Assembly (NCBI GenBank): GCA_005881235.1
Contig: VBEQ01000154.1
Coordinates: 1 to 52,133, forward strand
Direction: 5' to 3'
DNA from: Chloroflexota bacterium
Lineage (GTDB): Bacteria > Chloroflexota > Dormibacteria > CF-121
Length of the DNA: 52,133 nucleotides
Position 1 is the stretch's first letter. Every line of letters begins with the position of its first letter. The translations under genes and the position numbers were made by a program. The notes beneath the pieces were generated by a model, which was not told where the DNA came from, ran no database searches, and worked only from the letters and a program-made list of their open reading frames with translations. This document shows, one piece after another, positions 8,414-16,237 of the stretch.

Positions 8414-9385
8414 GTGCTGGAGAGGCTTCTCCATGACCCACCGTCGGCCTCTGCCGTCGCACGGTTATCGGGCCGGTCGCGCATTTTCATCGTCGGCACC
8501 GGAACCAGCTACCACGGCGCGCTCGTCGGACAGTACCTGCTGCGGAGCGCGGGCATCGACGCCTGGGCGATTCCCGCGTTTGAGTTCGCGAAGTATCCAC
8601 CACGAATCACGGCGGATGACGGCCTTGTGCTGCTCAGTCATCGCGGCACCAAGCGTTTCAGTCAGGCGGCGCTCGAGAGCTTGGCCAGCCAGGATCACTG
8701 GCTGGCTGTCACGGGAGAGGGCTCCCCGCTGAGCGGCCTGGGCGTCCTCCACACCGTTCCGCAGGAGCGCTCGCCCGTGCACACCGCGAGCCACACCGGG
8801 GCGATGGTCCGACTCGCACAACTGGCCGTCGCCCTCGGATCGCCGCCGTGGAACACCGAGCTTGCTCGCGTACCCGACGCGATCCGGATGACGCTACCGC
8901 TCCGCGCTGCGGTCGTCCACGCTCTCGATCGGCTCCACCTCGCACGGGTCGTCCACTTTGTCGGCGGCGGGCCCGCTCACGCGACCGCACTCGAGGGAGC
9001 GCTGAAGCTACGGGAGGCGTCGTACGTGAGCGCTGAGGGTCATGAGCTGGAGAGCATCCTCCACGGGCCGTTGATCAGCCTCACCGCCGAGGACTCGGTC
9101 GTGATGGTGGCGCAGCCCGGGCCCGCCCTCGAGAGGACGACCGAGCTGGCCGAAGCCCTCCACGAGATCGGCATGTCGACCCTTGCCGTCGGTCCCTCGG
9201 CCGCGAGTCTCAAGGCGACGGTTGCGCTGGAAACGCCGGCGATCGACGAACGTCTGGCTCCGATCGTCAACGTCGTGCCCTTGCAATGGCTGGCGCTCGA
9301 GGTGTCCCGGCGGCTTGACGTCGATGCGGACAGCTTCAGAAAGCAAGGCCGATACGCGGCCGCGCAAAGCAAGTTCAGCTTGTAG
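8414..9385 (+). CDS. Double-SIS-domain sugar-phosphate isomerase/deglycase-like protein (GlmS-isomerase/AgaS/FrlB class)
   Basis: First SIS domain IFIVGTGTSYHGALVGQYLL...VLLSHRGTK, second SIS domain HFVGGGPAHATALEGALKLREASYV...HGP. The first canonical start is GTG 8414, but the conserved opening (FLEATIESQPDVL) lies upstream. The true start is probably CTG 8363 (see findings). Confidence 0.8.
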   Translation: MLERLLHDPPSASAVARLSGRSRIFIVGTGTSYHGALVGQYLLRSAGIDAWAIPAFEFAKYPPRITADDGLVLLSHRGTKRFSQAALESLASQDHWLAVTGEGSPLSGLGVLHTVPQERSPVHTASHTGAMVRLAQLAVALGSPPWNTELARVPDAIRMTLPLRAAVVHALDRLHLARVVHFVGGGPAHATALEGALKLREASYVSAEGHELESILHGPLISLTAEDSVVMVAQPGPALERTTELAEALHEIGMSTLAVGPSAASLKATVALETPAIDERLAPIVNVVPLQWLALEVSRRLDVDADSFRKQGRYAAAQSKFSL

Positions 9386-9438
9386 GATCCATTCGCGGTC
9401 TAATCCGATCGCGTGGTTGATGTTGTCCAAGCGCCGGA

Positions 9439-10035
9439 ATGGAACCAACTTCCGACGTCGGATGTAGTAGCTTCGGGATGGGCGCCTCCCAAAGATCCGC
9501 GGTCGCCCGAGACTGGCGATGGCTGACCCTCGTGGTGGTTCTGCTGCTGGCATCGTGTGGCCGAGCGGCTGATCGGGAGGCGACGGCACCTGCTGCCACC
9601 GCATCGGCCAGTGCGGCCGACCCGGACGGCTGCCCGATCACCAGACCCCCGAGTCGTCCGTTCGTGCCTCCCGTGCCTCCAGCGCCTCGGTCGGCGTCCC
9701 CACCGGCCGATGAATTCTGGTATGGGACGCAAGCGCTGTGGACCGCCCTCCGGCCGGACGGGACGTGGAATGGGCTTCCCTATCAGGACGGCGCCTATAC
9801 GCAGAAGGTCTTCTGGTGGAGCCGGGATTACAAGTGGGAGAGCCCACTGACCGTTACTGGTATGCGCATTGATGGAGCCGCCCCACCACTTCGCTCCTCG
9901 GCTGCTACCAACGCCTTTGCGGAGGACATCGGCTCCTCGATCCTCGTCGGGGTCGAGATCCCGGCAGCGGGCTGCTGGGAGATTACGGGGCACCTCAGGG
10001 GCGCAACGCTCAGTTTCGTCGTCCGGGTTGGTTGA
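9439..10035 (+). CDS. Hypothetical secreted lipoprotein
   Basis: Signal peptide with lipobox WLTLVVVLLLASC, followed by a Pro/Ala-rich linker. No family recognised. The start may be an internal ATG. Confidence 0.55.
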   Translation: MEPTSDVGCSSFGMGASQRSAVARDWRWLTLVVVLLLASCGRAADREATAPAATASASAADPDGCPITRPPSRPFVPPVPPAPRSASPPADEFWYGTQALWTALRPDGTWNGLPYQDGAYTQKVFWWSRDYKWESPLTVTGMRIDGAAPPLRSSAATNAFAEDIGSSILVGVEIPAAGCWEITGHLRGATLSFVVRVG

Positions 10036-10059
10036 ACGGATCCCGAGGAGTCGTTGGCT

Positions 10060-10419
10060 TTAGTCGATCGCGTTCTTGATGTGGTCGACGCGAACCAGGT
10101 GCCCGTCGCTGACGGTCAGGCCCACCACGTCGAAGCGGACCGGACCCCGATATGGCCGTATCTTTAAGTAGTACAGCGCGAGCTGGCGCAGCTTCCGGAT
10201 CTTCCGGGCGTCGACCGACTCCTGCGGCAGCCCGAAGCCGTGTCCGGCCCGCGTCTTGACCTCAACAAAAACCAGCGTGCGCCCGTCCTTCGCCACCAGG
10301 TCCAGCTGACCGAGCGGCGTCCGCACATCCCGCCCCACGATCTCGTAGCCGAGGCCACGCAGGTGGTCCTCGGCCAGCGCTTCTCCGCTAGTCCCGAGCG
10401 GTTTGACTGGCACTGGCAA
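10060..10419 (-). CDS. yraN: YraN-family (UPF0102) endonuclease-like protein
   Basis: GEALAEDHLRGLGYEIVGRDVRTPLGQLDLVAKDGRTLVFVEVKTR matches the YraN/PD-(D/E)xK core. It is in the usual position after rnhB. Confidence 0.85.
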   Translation of the reverse strand: MPVPVKPLGTSGEALAEDHLRGLGYEIVGRDVRTPLGQLDLVAKDGRTLVFVEVKTRAGHGFGLPQESVDARKIRKLRQLALYYLKIRPYRGPVRFDVVGLTVSDGHLVRVDHIKNAID

Positions 10420-11107
10420 TGGCGGCCGCTTCCAACTCGGCGCGCGTCCGGATCGAAATGAAGGAGCGCCGGTGCAACGGGCTCAAACCGTGCCGGTCCA
10501 TCGCGGTCAGATGGTCGGGCGTCGGGTATCCCTTGTGCATCTCGAAGCCATATCCGGGAAACTTCTCGGCCATCCGCATCATCAACCGGTCGCGCGTCAC
10601 CTTGGCGAGAATGCCGCCGCACATGATCGAGATCGAGCGGCGGTCGCCCTTGACGATGGGGAGTTGCGGCGTCAGGGCTTCGGGCAACAAAAAGCCGTCG
10701 ACCAGGAGGTAGTCGATCGATCGACCGAGCTGCTGGAGCGCGATGCCCATCGCCCAGCGGTTGGCCCGCGACACGCCCACCCGATCGATCTCGTCGACCT
10801 CGACGATGCCGACGCCCCAGGCTTCCGCGCCGTCCAGGATGCAGTCGTAATAGTGGTCGCGCTCCTCGGCCGTCAGCAGCTTGGAGTCGTCGATGCCCTC
10901 GCAGTGGAAGTAGGGACGCATGATCGCGGCACCCGCCACCACCGGCCCGGCCCAGGGGCCGCGACCTGCCTCATCGACGCCCGCAACCGTCGCGTAACCC
11001 AGGCCAAAGGCCTGCCGCTCGAAGACCCAGAGGTCCCGGTCAGCTTTCGGCCGTTTCGGGCGTTTCGGCTGCGACTTCGGTGTCGGCAGGGACGGCAGTT
11101 GTGGCAA
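10388..11107 (-). CDS. rnhB: Ribonuclease HII
   Basis: [18 protein letters not shown]...[11 protein letters not shown]...VDG...KGD....SI..ASILAKV-like motifs ([10 protein letters not shown]). The start is uncertain. The closest canonical initiator upstream of the catalytic DEAGRG motif is TTG 11107, which overlaps the rplS 3' end by 68 nt. The ATG 11260 of the track ORF lies deep inside rplS and is rejected. Confidence 0.85.
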   Translation of the reverse strand: MPQLPSLPTPKSQPKRPKRPKADRDLWVFERQAFGLGYATVAGVDEAGRGPWAGPVVAGAAIMRPYFHCEGIDDSKLLTAEERDHYYDCILDGAEAWGVGIVEVDEIDRVGVSRANRWAMGIALQQLGRSIDYLLVDGFLLPEALTPQLPIVKGDRRSISIMCGGILAKVTRDRLMMRMAEKFPGYGFEMHKGYPTPDHLTAMDRHGLSPLHRRSFISIRTRAELEAAAIASASQTARD

Positions 11108-11474
11108 CGGCTTGGCGCTTCTCCCGGATGCGGGCGCTTTTTCCGACTTTTCCTCGCAGGTAGTACAGCTTCGCCCGGCGCACCTTCCCGTGCCGGATGA
11201 CATCGATCTTGTCGATACGCGGCGAGTGAAGCAGGAAGCTGCGCTCCACTCCGACACCATGAGCGATGCGGCGAACGGTGAAGGCCTCCTTGGTACCGCT
11301 GCCCCGGCAGCCGATCACGATGCCTTCGAAGATCTGGATCCGTTCGCGGGTGCCCTCGACCACCTTGGCGTGAACCTTGACGGTGTCGCCGGGGATCAAG
11401 GTCGGAACGTTCTTGCGCTGGGACTCCGCTTCCAGCAGGCTGATGACGTTGGACACGGCGTACAAGGATATCAC
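11040..11474 (-). CDS. rplS: 50S ribosomal protein L19
   Basis: [37 protein letters not shown]...[27 protein letters not shown] is the L19 signature. It has an Ala/Thr/Glu-rich C-terminal extension. The alternative GTG 11456 is also possible. Confidence 0.95.
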   Translation of the reverse strand: MISLYAVSNVISLLEAESQRKNVPTLIPGDTVKVHAKVVEGTRERIQIFEGIVIGCRGSGTKEAFTVRRIAHGVGVERSFLLHSPRIDKIDVIRHGKVRRAKLYYLRGKVGKSARIREKRQAVATTAVPADTEVAAETPETAES

Positions 11475-11486
11475 CCCGACTCGCGG

Positions 11487-12161
11487 CTACCCCTGGTGGT
11501 CGAGCAAGTCCGGGCGGCGACGGCGAGTCCGTTCGGCAGCCTGGGCGCGGCGCCAGCGCTCGATCTCCGCATGGTGGCCCGAGCGCAACACCTCGGGAAC
11601 GGGATGCCCTTCGAATTCGGGGGGGCGGGTGTAGTGCGGATACTCGAGGAGATGCTGGTCGAAGGACTCGTCCTTCGGTGATTCTTCCGAGCCCAGCACG
11701 CCGGTCACGAGCCGGCTGACGGCATCGATCAGGACCATGGCGGGGAGCTCGCCTCCCGTCAGTACGTAGTCGCCGATCGAGATCTCCCGGTCCACCAGGT
11801 GGGTCGCGACGCGCTCATCGACCCCCTCGTAGCGGCCGCAGATCAGGTAGAGGTCATCGTGGCCCGCCAGCTCGCGCACCAGCCGCTGGTTCAGCAATTC
11901 GCCCTGCGGCGTGAGCAGGATGACCGGGCCTTTGCCGGTGCGCGCCCGTACGGCTTCGAAGATCGGCTCCGGCTTCAGGACCATGCCGGCGCCGCCGCCG
12001 TAAGGAACGTCGTCCACCTGCCGGTGGCGATCGTGCGTGTAGTCGCGCAGGTTATGAACCCGCAACGTGACCAGACTGCTGGCGAGCCCCCGTCCCGTGA
12101 CTCCCGCGCTCAGCGGGCCGGGGAACATCTCGGGAAAGAGTGTCAGGACCTCGATGATCAC
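11487..12161 (-). CDS. trmD: tRNA (guanine37-N1)-methyltransferase
   Basis: [11 protein letters not shown]...[18 protein letters not shown]...[13 protein letters not shown]...[21 protein letters not shown] is the TrmD SPOUT signature. Confidence 0.95.
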   Translation of the reverse strand: MIIEVLTLFPEMFPGPLSAGVTGRGLASSLVTLRVHNLRDYTHDRHRQVDDVPYGGGAGMVLKPEPIFEAVRARTGKGPVILLTPQGELLNQRLVRELAGHDDLYLICGRYEGVDERVATHLVDREISIGDYVLTGGELPAMVLIDAVSRLVTGVLGSEESPKDESFDQHLLEYPHYTRPPEFEGHPVPEVLRSGHHAEIERWRRAQAAERTRRRRPDLLDHQG

Positions 12162-12163
12162 GC

Positions 12164-12667
12164 CTACGCTTCCTCGGGGAGGTCGACCGTGATCATCCCC
12201 TCGGCGGGCGCGATCGAACGAACGACGCTGCGGATCATCGGAATCAACACCTCGCGATCCCCGCCCGTCACGCGCAGCACGTCGTTCGCAGGATAGGTGA
12301 GCACCTCCGCGACCCGGCCGAGCTGGCGCGCCTGACGCGTATCGAAAACCGTGAGGCCGACCAGCTGGAAGTGGTAGTAGTGGTCGGCGGGCAGGGCCCG
12401 CGCCTCGGCCAAGGGGACGGTGACGTAGGAGCCGGCAAGCGGCTCGGCGGCGCTGCGATCGCTGATGCCCTCGAAGGTGACCAGCATGCTGCGGTCCAGT
12501 TCTTCCGAGCGCGCCACCCTCAGTGGACGCCCCCCGACCACCACCTCGCGGCCGGGAGCGAAACGATCAGGAAAATCGGTGAGGAGTTCCACCCGCAGCG
12601 CGCCTTTGACGCCGTGGGCCTTGAGCACGCGCCCAATCCGGAGATCGGGCTCCGGTTCGACCGTCAC
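12164..12667 (-). CDS. rimM: 16S rRNA processing protein RimM
   Basis: [24 protein letters not shown] plus a C-terminal PRC barrel ([12 protein letters not shown]). It follows the canonical rpsP-KH-rimM-trmD-rplS order. Confidence 0.9.
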   Translation of the reverse strand: MTVEPEPDLRIGRVLKAHGVKGALRVELLTDFPDRFAPGREVVVGGRPLRVARSEELDRSMLVTFEGISDRSAAEPLAGSYVTVPLAEARALPADHYYHFQLVGLTVFDTRQARQLGRVAEVLTYPANDVLRVTGGDREVLIPMIRSVVRSIAPAEGMITVDLPEEA

Positions 12668-12900
12668 ACGATCTCGACCATCACCCGATCGTGATTCTTG
12701 AGGGCGGCCGCCCGCACCACGGCGCGGATCGCGTCGATGTTGCGTCCGCCGCGCCCGATCACCTTGCCGACGTCATCGTTGGCGAGGGTCACTTCCACCC
12801 GGTTGGTGCGCTCACCCTCGACCATCGCGACTTTGACGTCCTCGGGCTTCGACACCATTGCCTTGATGATGTAGCTCACCAGGTCGGTGTAGTCGTGCAT
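12664..12900 (-). CDS. KH-domain RNA-binding protein (UPF0109/YlqC type)
   Basis: The 78 aa from the internal ATG 12900 read MHDYTDLVSYIIKAMVSKPEDVKV...VGKVIGRGGRNIDAIRAVV, with the GxxG KH motif. The rest of the 386-aa track ORF is a shadow frame across rpsP and ffh. Confidence 0.85.
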   Translation of the reverse strand: MHDYTDLVSYIIKAMVSKPEDVKVAMVEGERTNRVEVTLANDDVGKVIGRGGRNIDAIRAVVRAAALKNHDRVMVEIV

Positions 12901-12902
12901 TG

Positions 12903-13268
12903 TTACACCTCCTGGGTTGCGGCGGCCGGAGCGGGAGCGCCGGCTTCCGGCGCGGCGGCTTTGGCAGCCGCCGCGGCCGCCTCTGCTTTCGTCGGCTTGG
13001 TCGGCCGCTTCTTCGCCGATTCCTTGGGCAGCAGTCCTCGGCCGATCAAGAACGCCCGCGCCGTGTCGGAGGGGCGCGCCCCCTTTTGCAGCCAGGCCTT
13101 GATCTTCTCTTCGTCGATGTTGAGCTTGACCGGTTCCGTCATCGGGTCGTAGGTGCCGAGGATCTCGATGAACTTTCCGTCCCTCGGTGAGCGGGTGTCC
13201 GCCACCACCAGCCGGTAGAACGGGTGCTTCTTCGCGCCGATCCGCCGTAGTCGAATCTTTACTGACAA
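12903..13268 (-). CDS. rpsP: 30S ribosomal protein S16
   Basis: MSVKIRLRRIGAKKHPFYRLVVADTRSPRDGKFIEILGTYDP is the S16 signature. Ala-rich C-terminal tail. Confidence 0.95.
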   Translation of the reverse strand: MSVKIRLRRIGAKKHPFYRLVVADTRSPRDGKFIEILGTYDPMTEPVKLNIDEEKIKAWLQKGARPSDTARAFLIGRGLLPKESAKKRPTKPTKAEAAAAAAKAAAPEAGAPAPAAATQEV

Positions 13269-13277
13269 ATTGACCTC

Positions 13278-14624
13278 CTAGCCTTTCAAAAGTTGCGCGG
13301 GATCCATGGGTAATCCCTTGATTCGCTTTCCCTTCCCCATCTGTTTCATCATCTGCTGCATCTGCTGAAAACCCTTGAGCAGCCGGTTGACGGCCGCGAT
13401 GTCGGTGCCGGCGCCGCGGGCGATGCGGCGCCGACGACTGCCGTCCATCACCTCCGGTCGTTCCCGCTCCAGGGGTGTCATCGAAAGAATGATCGCCTCC
13501 ATCTCCTTGAGCTGGTCGTCGGTGGGCAGCGCACCGGCGAGGTTCTTGATCTTTCCCGCGCCCGGCAGCATGCCGATGATCCCTTCGAGCGGGCCCATCT
13601 TCTTCACCTGCTTCAGCTGCTCCATGAAGTCGGTGAGGGTGAGCCGGCCGGCGCGCAGCTTCTTCTCCATCTCCCGCGCTTGCGAGGCGTCGACCTGGTC
13701 CTGCGCCTTCTCGATCAGCGTCAGGACATCGCCCATCCCGAGAATGCGCGAGGCCATGCGATCGGGATAAAAGATCTCGAGATCGGTCAGCTTCTCGCCA
13801 ACGCCGACGAATTGGATGGGGCACTGCGTCACCGCCCGCAGCGAGAGCGCCGCCCCACCCCGCGCGTCGCCGTCCATCTTGGTCAGGATCGCGCCACTCA
13901 GTGAGATGGTCCGCTGGAAGCTGACCGTGACGTTGACCGCCTGCTGGCCGGTCATGGCATCGAGCACCAGCAGCCGGTGCTGTGCTGGCACCGCGTCCGT
14001 GATGCGCTTCAACTCGGCGAGCAGGTCCTCATCCACCTGGAGCCGGCCCGCCGTGTCGACGATGACGACGTCGGCGTTCACGCGTCGCGCCTCCGCGAGC
14101 GACTCGCGGGCGATCGCGACGATCGCGACCGGATCGGTGCCACGCGGCGCGTAGGCCGGCGCGTTGATGCTTTTGGCCAGGATCTCGAGCTGCTCCATAG
14201 CGGCCGGGCGGCGGACGTCGGTCGACACCAGCAGCGGCCGGTGCCCTTCACGACGAGTAAAGAGGGCGAGCTTGCCGGCGGTCGTCGTCTTGCCCGAGCC
14301 CTGCAGCCCGGCGAGCACGATCACCGTGGGCGGCGAGGGCGCGTATCCCATGGGCACCCGGTCGCCGAGCAAGCGAACCATTTCTTCGTCGACGATCTTG
14401 ACCAGCTGCTGTCCTGGGTTGAGGCTGTCCATCACCTCGGCGCCAACCGCCCGTGCGCGGATGCTCGCGACGAAGTCCTTGACCACCTTGTAGTTGACGT
14501 CGGCCTCGAGCAGTGCCAGCCGTACCTCCCGCAATCCCGCGTCGACATCGGCCTCACTCAGCTTGCCGCGGCCGGTCAGCGTCTTCAGCGCCTGGTCGAG
14601 ACGCTCGGTCAGGGACTCAAACAC
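13278..14624 (-). CDS. ffh: Signal recognition particle protein Ffh
   Basis: GTG 14624 gives VFESLTERLDQALKTLTGRGKLSE. G-domain motifs LAGLQGSGKTTT, DTAGRL and TKMDGDARGG are present, plus a Met-rich M domain. The start overlaps the ylxM stop (GTGTTTGA). Confidence 0.95.
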   Translation of the reverse strand: MFESLTERLDQALKTLTGRGKLSEADVDAGLREVRLALLEADVNYKVVKDFVASIRARAVGAEVMDSLNPGQQLVKIVDEEMVRLLGDRVPMGYAPSPPTVIVLAGLQGSGKTTTAGKLALFTRREGHRPLLVSTDVRRPAAMEQLEILAKSINAPAYAPRGTDPVAIVAIARESLAEARRVNADVVIVDTAGRLQVDEDLLAELKRITDAVPAQHRLLVLDAMTGQQAVNVTVSFQRTISLSGAILTKMDGDARGGAALSLRAVTQCPIQFVGVGEKLTDLEIFYPDRMASRILGMGDVLTLIEKAQDQVDASQAREMEKKLRAGRLTLTDFMEQLKQVKKMGPLEGIIGMLPGAGKIKNLAGALPTDDQLKEMEAIILSMTPLERERPEVMDGSRRRRIARGAGTDIAAVNRLLKGFQQMQQMMKQMGKGKRIKGLPMDPAQLLKG

Positions 14625-14859
14625 GTTGGGCCCGCTCCAGTCCGAGCTTGCGCTCGTAGTCGTCGAGGTTGGTCGTCGTCCGGCGCACCACGTCGTAGAC
14701 GGCGGTGCGCGTGACCCCTTCCCGCTGCGCGATCTCGCCGTAGGACCAGTCGAGCTCCCACGCAAAGTGCAGGATGCGGCGCTGATGGTCGGTCAGCAGC
14801 GAGCCGTAGAGGTCGAGGAGGCGCAGCTGGCGCTGGCGGCGTTGGGCACTGTCAAGCAT
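14617..14859 (-). CDS. ylxM: YlxM/p13-like helix-turn-helix protein (UPF0122)
   Basis: LLDLYGSLLTDHQRRILHFAWELDWSYGEIAQREGVTRTAVYDVVRRT...YERKLGL. It occupies the classic position immediately upstream of ffh. Confidence 0.8.
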   Translation of the reverse strand: MLDSAQRRQRQLRLLDLYGSLLTDHQRRILHFAWELDWSYGEIAQREGVTRTAVYDVVRRTTTNLDDYERKLGLERAQRV

Positions 14860-14883
14860 TTAGCCTTGACAGTATACGGATCC

Positions 14884-15015
14884 TCAGCCGCCCCGGGTGC
14901 GCTTCTCCTCGTTGCGCAGCACGAACTGCACCAGCCACAGCATGCCCAGCACGACGGCCGCCAGCGCGACCACGCCGATCGCACCGGCGACCACGGCGAG
15001 GATGATGAAGGTCAG
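14884..15015 (-). CDS. Possible 36-43 aa single-pass membrane microprotein
   Basis: The C-terminal part of the 134-aa track ORF reads LTFIILAVVAGAIGVVALAAVVLGMLWLVQFVLRNEEKRTRGG, a clean TM helix with a basic tail. Candidate starts are CTG 15015, which overlaps the upstream TGA as CTGA, or GTG 14994. The upstream part of that ORF is a shadow frame. Confidence 0.35.
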   Translation of the reverse strand: MTFIILAVVAGAIGVVALAAVVLGMLWLVQFVLRNEEKRTRGG

Positions 15016-15275
15016 AGCGGTTCGTCCTCGTCGACCGGCTCGACTCGCTCGTCCTGCAGGATCTGTAAGGCCTCCGCCGCCTGGTCGCGCGGGACCCAGA
15101 GGTCCACGGCGGCGATCTCTCCCGCCGTTTCGGGGATGACGGCCGCCATCGCCTCGTGCCGCAGAAAGACCTGGATGCCGGAGGCTTCCAGGACCGCCTT
15201 CCAGACGTCGGCCTCGGGTAGGCCGTTGGCCGTAACCAGCTTGGTGAACGCTTGCGAGTTCTCTTCGGGGTTCAT
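15012..15275 (-). CDS. DUF2007-like small protein (putative signal-transducing fold)
   Basis: 87 aa: AFTKLVTANGLPEADVWKAVLEASGIQVFLRHE...VDLWVPRDQAAEALQIL. This resembles the DUF2007 beta-alpha-beta pattern. It is overlap-coupled to the ftsY stop. Confidence 0.55.
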   Translation of the reverse strand: MNPEENSQAFTKLVTANGLPEADVWKAVLEASGIQVFLRHEAMAAVIPETAGEIAAVDLWVPRDQAAEALQILQDERVEPVDEDEPL

Positions 15276-16237
15276 CTGGCCTCCTCAATCCGCAATAGCG
15301 CGTCCAGGTACTGCCCGGGATCGAATCGGTTCAGGTCCTCGAGACCCTCGCCGATGCCGACCAACTTCACCGGTACCGAAAGCTCAGCCTCGATACTAAG
15401 CACAACGCCTGCTCGAGCGCTGCCGTCCATTTTCGTGAGGGCGAGCCCAGTCAGGCCGATCGCCTCCTGGAAGACCTTCACCTGCTGGGCGGAGTTCTGC
15501 CCGACGTGCGCATCGAGGACGGCGAGCACCTCCTGCGGGGACGCTGGATCGAGCCGCTGCAGCACCCGCCGGACTTTTCGCAACTCCTCCATCAAGTCGC
15601 TCCGAGTGTGCAGGCGGCCGGCCGTATCGATGATGACGGGACCAGCGCCCCGCGCGCGCGCCGCTTGCACGGCATCGAACGCGACCGCGCCCGGGTCGGC
15701 GCCGGGCTGATGGGCCACCACCTCGACCCCCGCCCGCTCCCCCCACAGCCGCAGCTGGTCGATGGCTGCGGCCCGAAAGGTGTCCCCGGCGGCCAGCAGC
15801 GGGCGGCGGCCTTCGCGCCGGAGCAGGTAGGCCAGCTTTCCGATCGTCGTCGTCTTGCCCGAGCCATTGACGCCGACCACGAGCACGACGGCCGGAGCGC
15901 CGTCGAGGTTGAGCGCGCGCGGACGCCCCTGCAGTTCTCCGACGAGGTCGGCCCTGAGATAGGCAAGCGCGTCAGCCGGCGAGCGCAGGTGCGCCCCAGC
16001 CGCCTGCCGGCGCAGGTCCTGGACGACTCGTTCCGTGGTGGGCACGCCGGCGTCGGCGGCGATCAACGTCGTTTCCAGGTCGTCCCAGAAGGCGGCATCG
16101 AGGGCAGGGCGGCCAAAGACCTCCTTGATGTCGGCGACGTAGCTCTGACGCCCTGCCTCGAGTGTTTTCGAAAAGCGTTTCCAGAATCCCTGGCGCTCGC
16201 CGGGCGCCGTGTCCTCTGGATTAGGCGGAGCGTTCAC
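15272..16237 (-). CDS. ftsY: Signal recognition particle receptor FtsY (NG domain only, short N-terminus)
   Basis: VVGVNGSGKTTTIGKLA, AAGDTFRAAA, DTAGRLH and TKMDGSARAG motifs. Confidence 0.95.
   Translation of the reverse strand: MNAPPNPEDTAPGERQGFWKRFSKTLEAGRQSYVADIKEVFGRPALDAAFWDDLETTLIAADAGVPTTERVVQDLRRQAAGAHLRSPADALAYLRADLVGELQGRPRALNLDGAPAVVLVVGVNGSGKTTTIGKLAYLLRREGRRPLLAAGDTFRAAAIDQLRLWGERAGVEVVAHQPGADPGAVAFDAVQAARARGAGPVIIDTAGRLHTRSDLMEELRKVRRVLQRLDPASPQEVLAVLDAHVGQNSAQQVKVFQEAIGLTGLALTKMDGSARAGVVLSIEAELSVPVKLVGIGEGLEDLNRFDPGQYLDALLRIEEAR

Noticed and set aside
12901-13824. Upstream 308 codons of the 386-aa ORF ending at 12664.
   Set aside because: It runs through rpsP and the 3' end of ffh in a different frame. 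Only the last 78 codons (the KH-domain protein) have recognisable sequence and an appropriate start just after rpsP.
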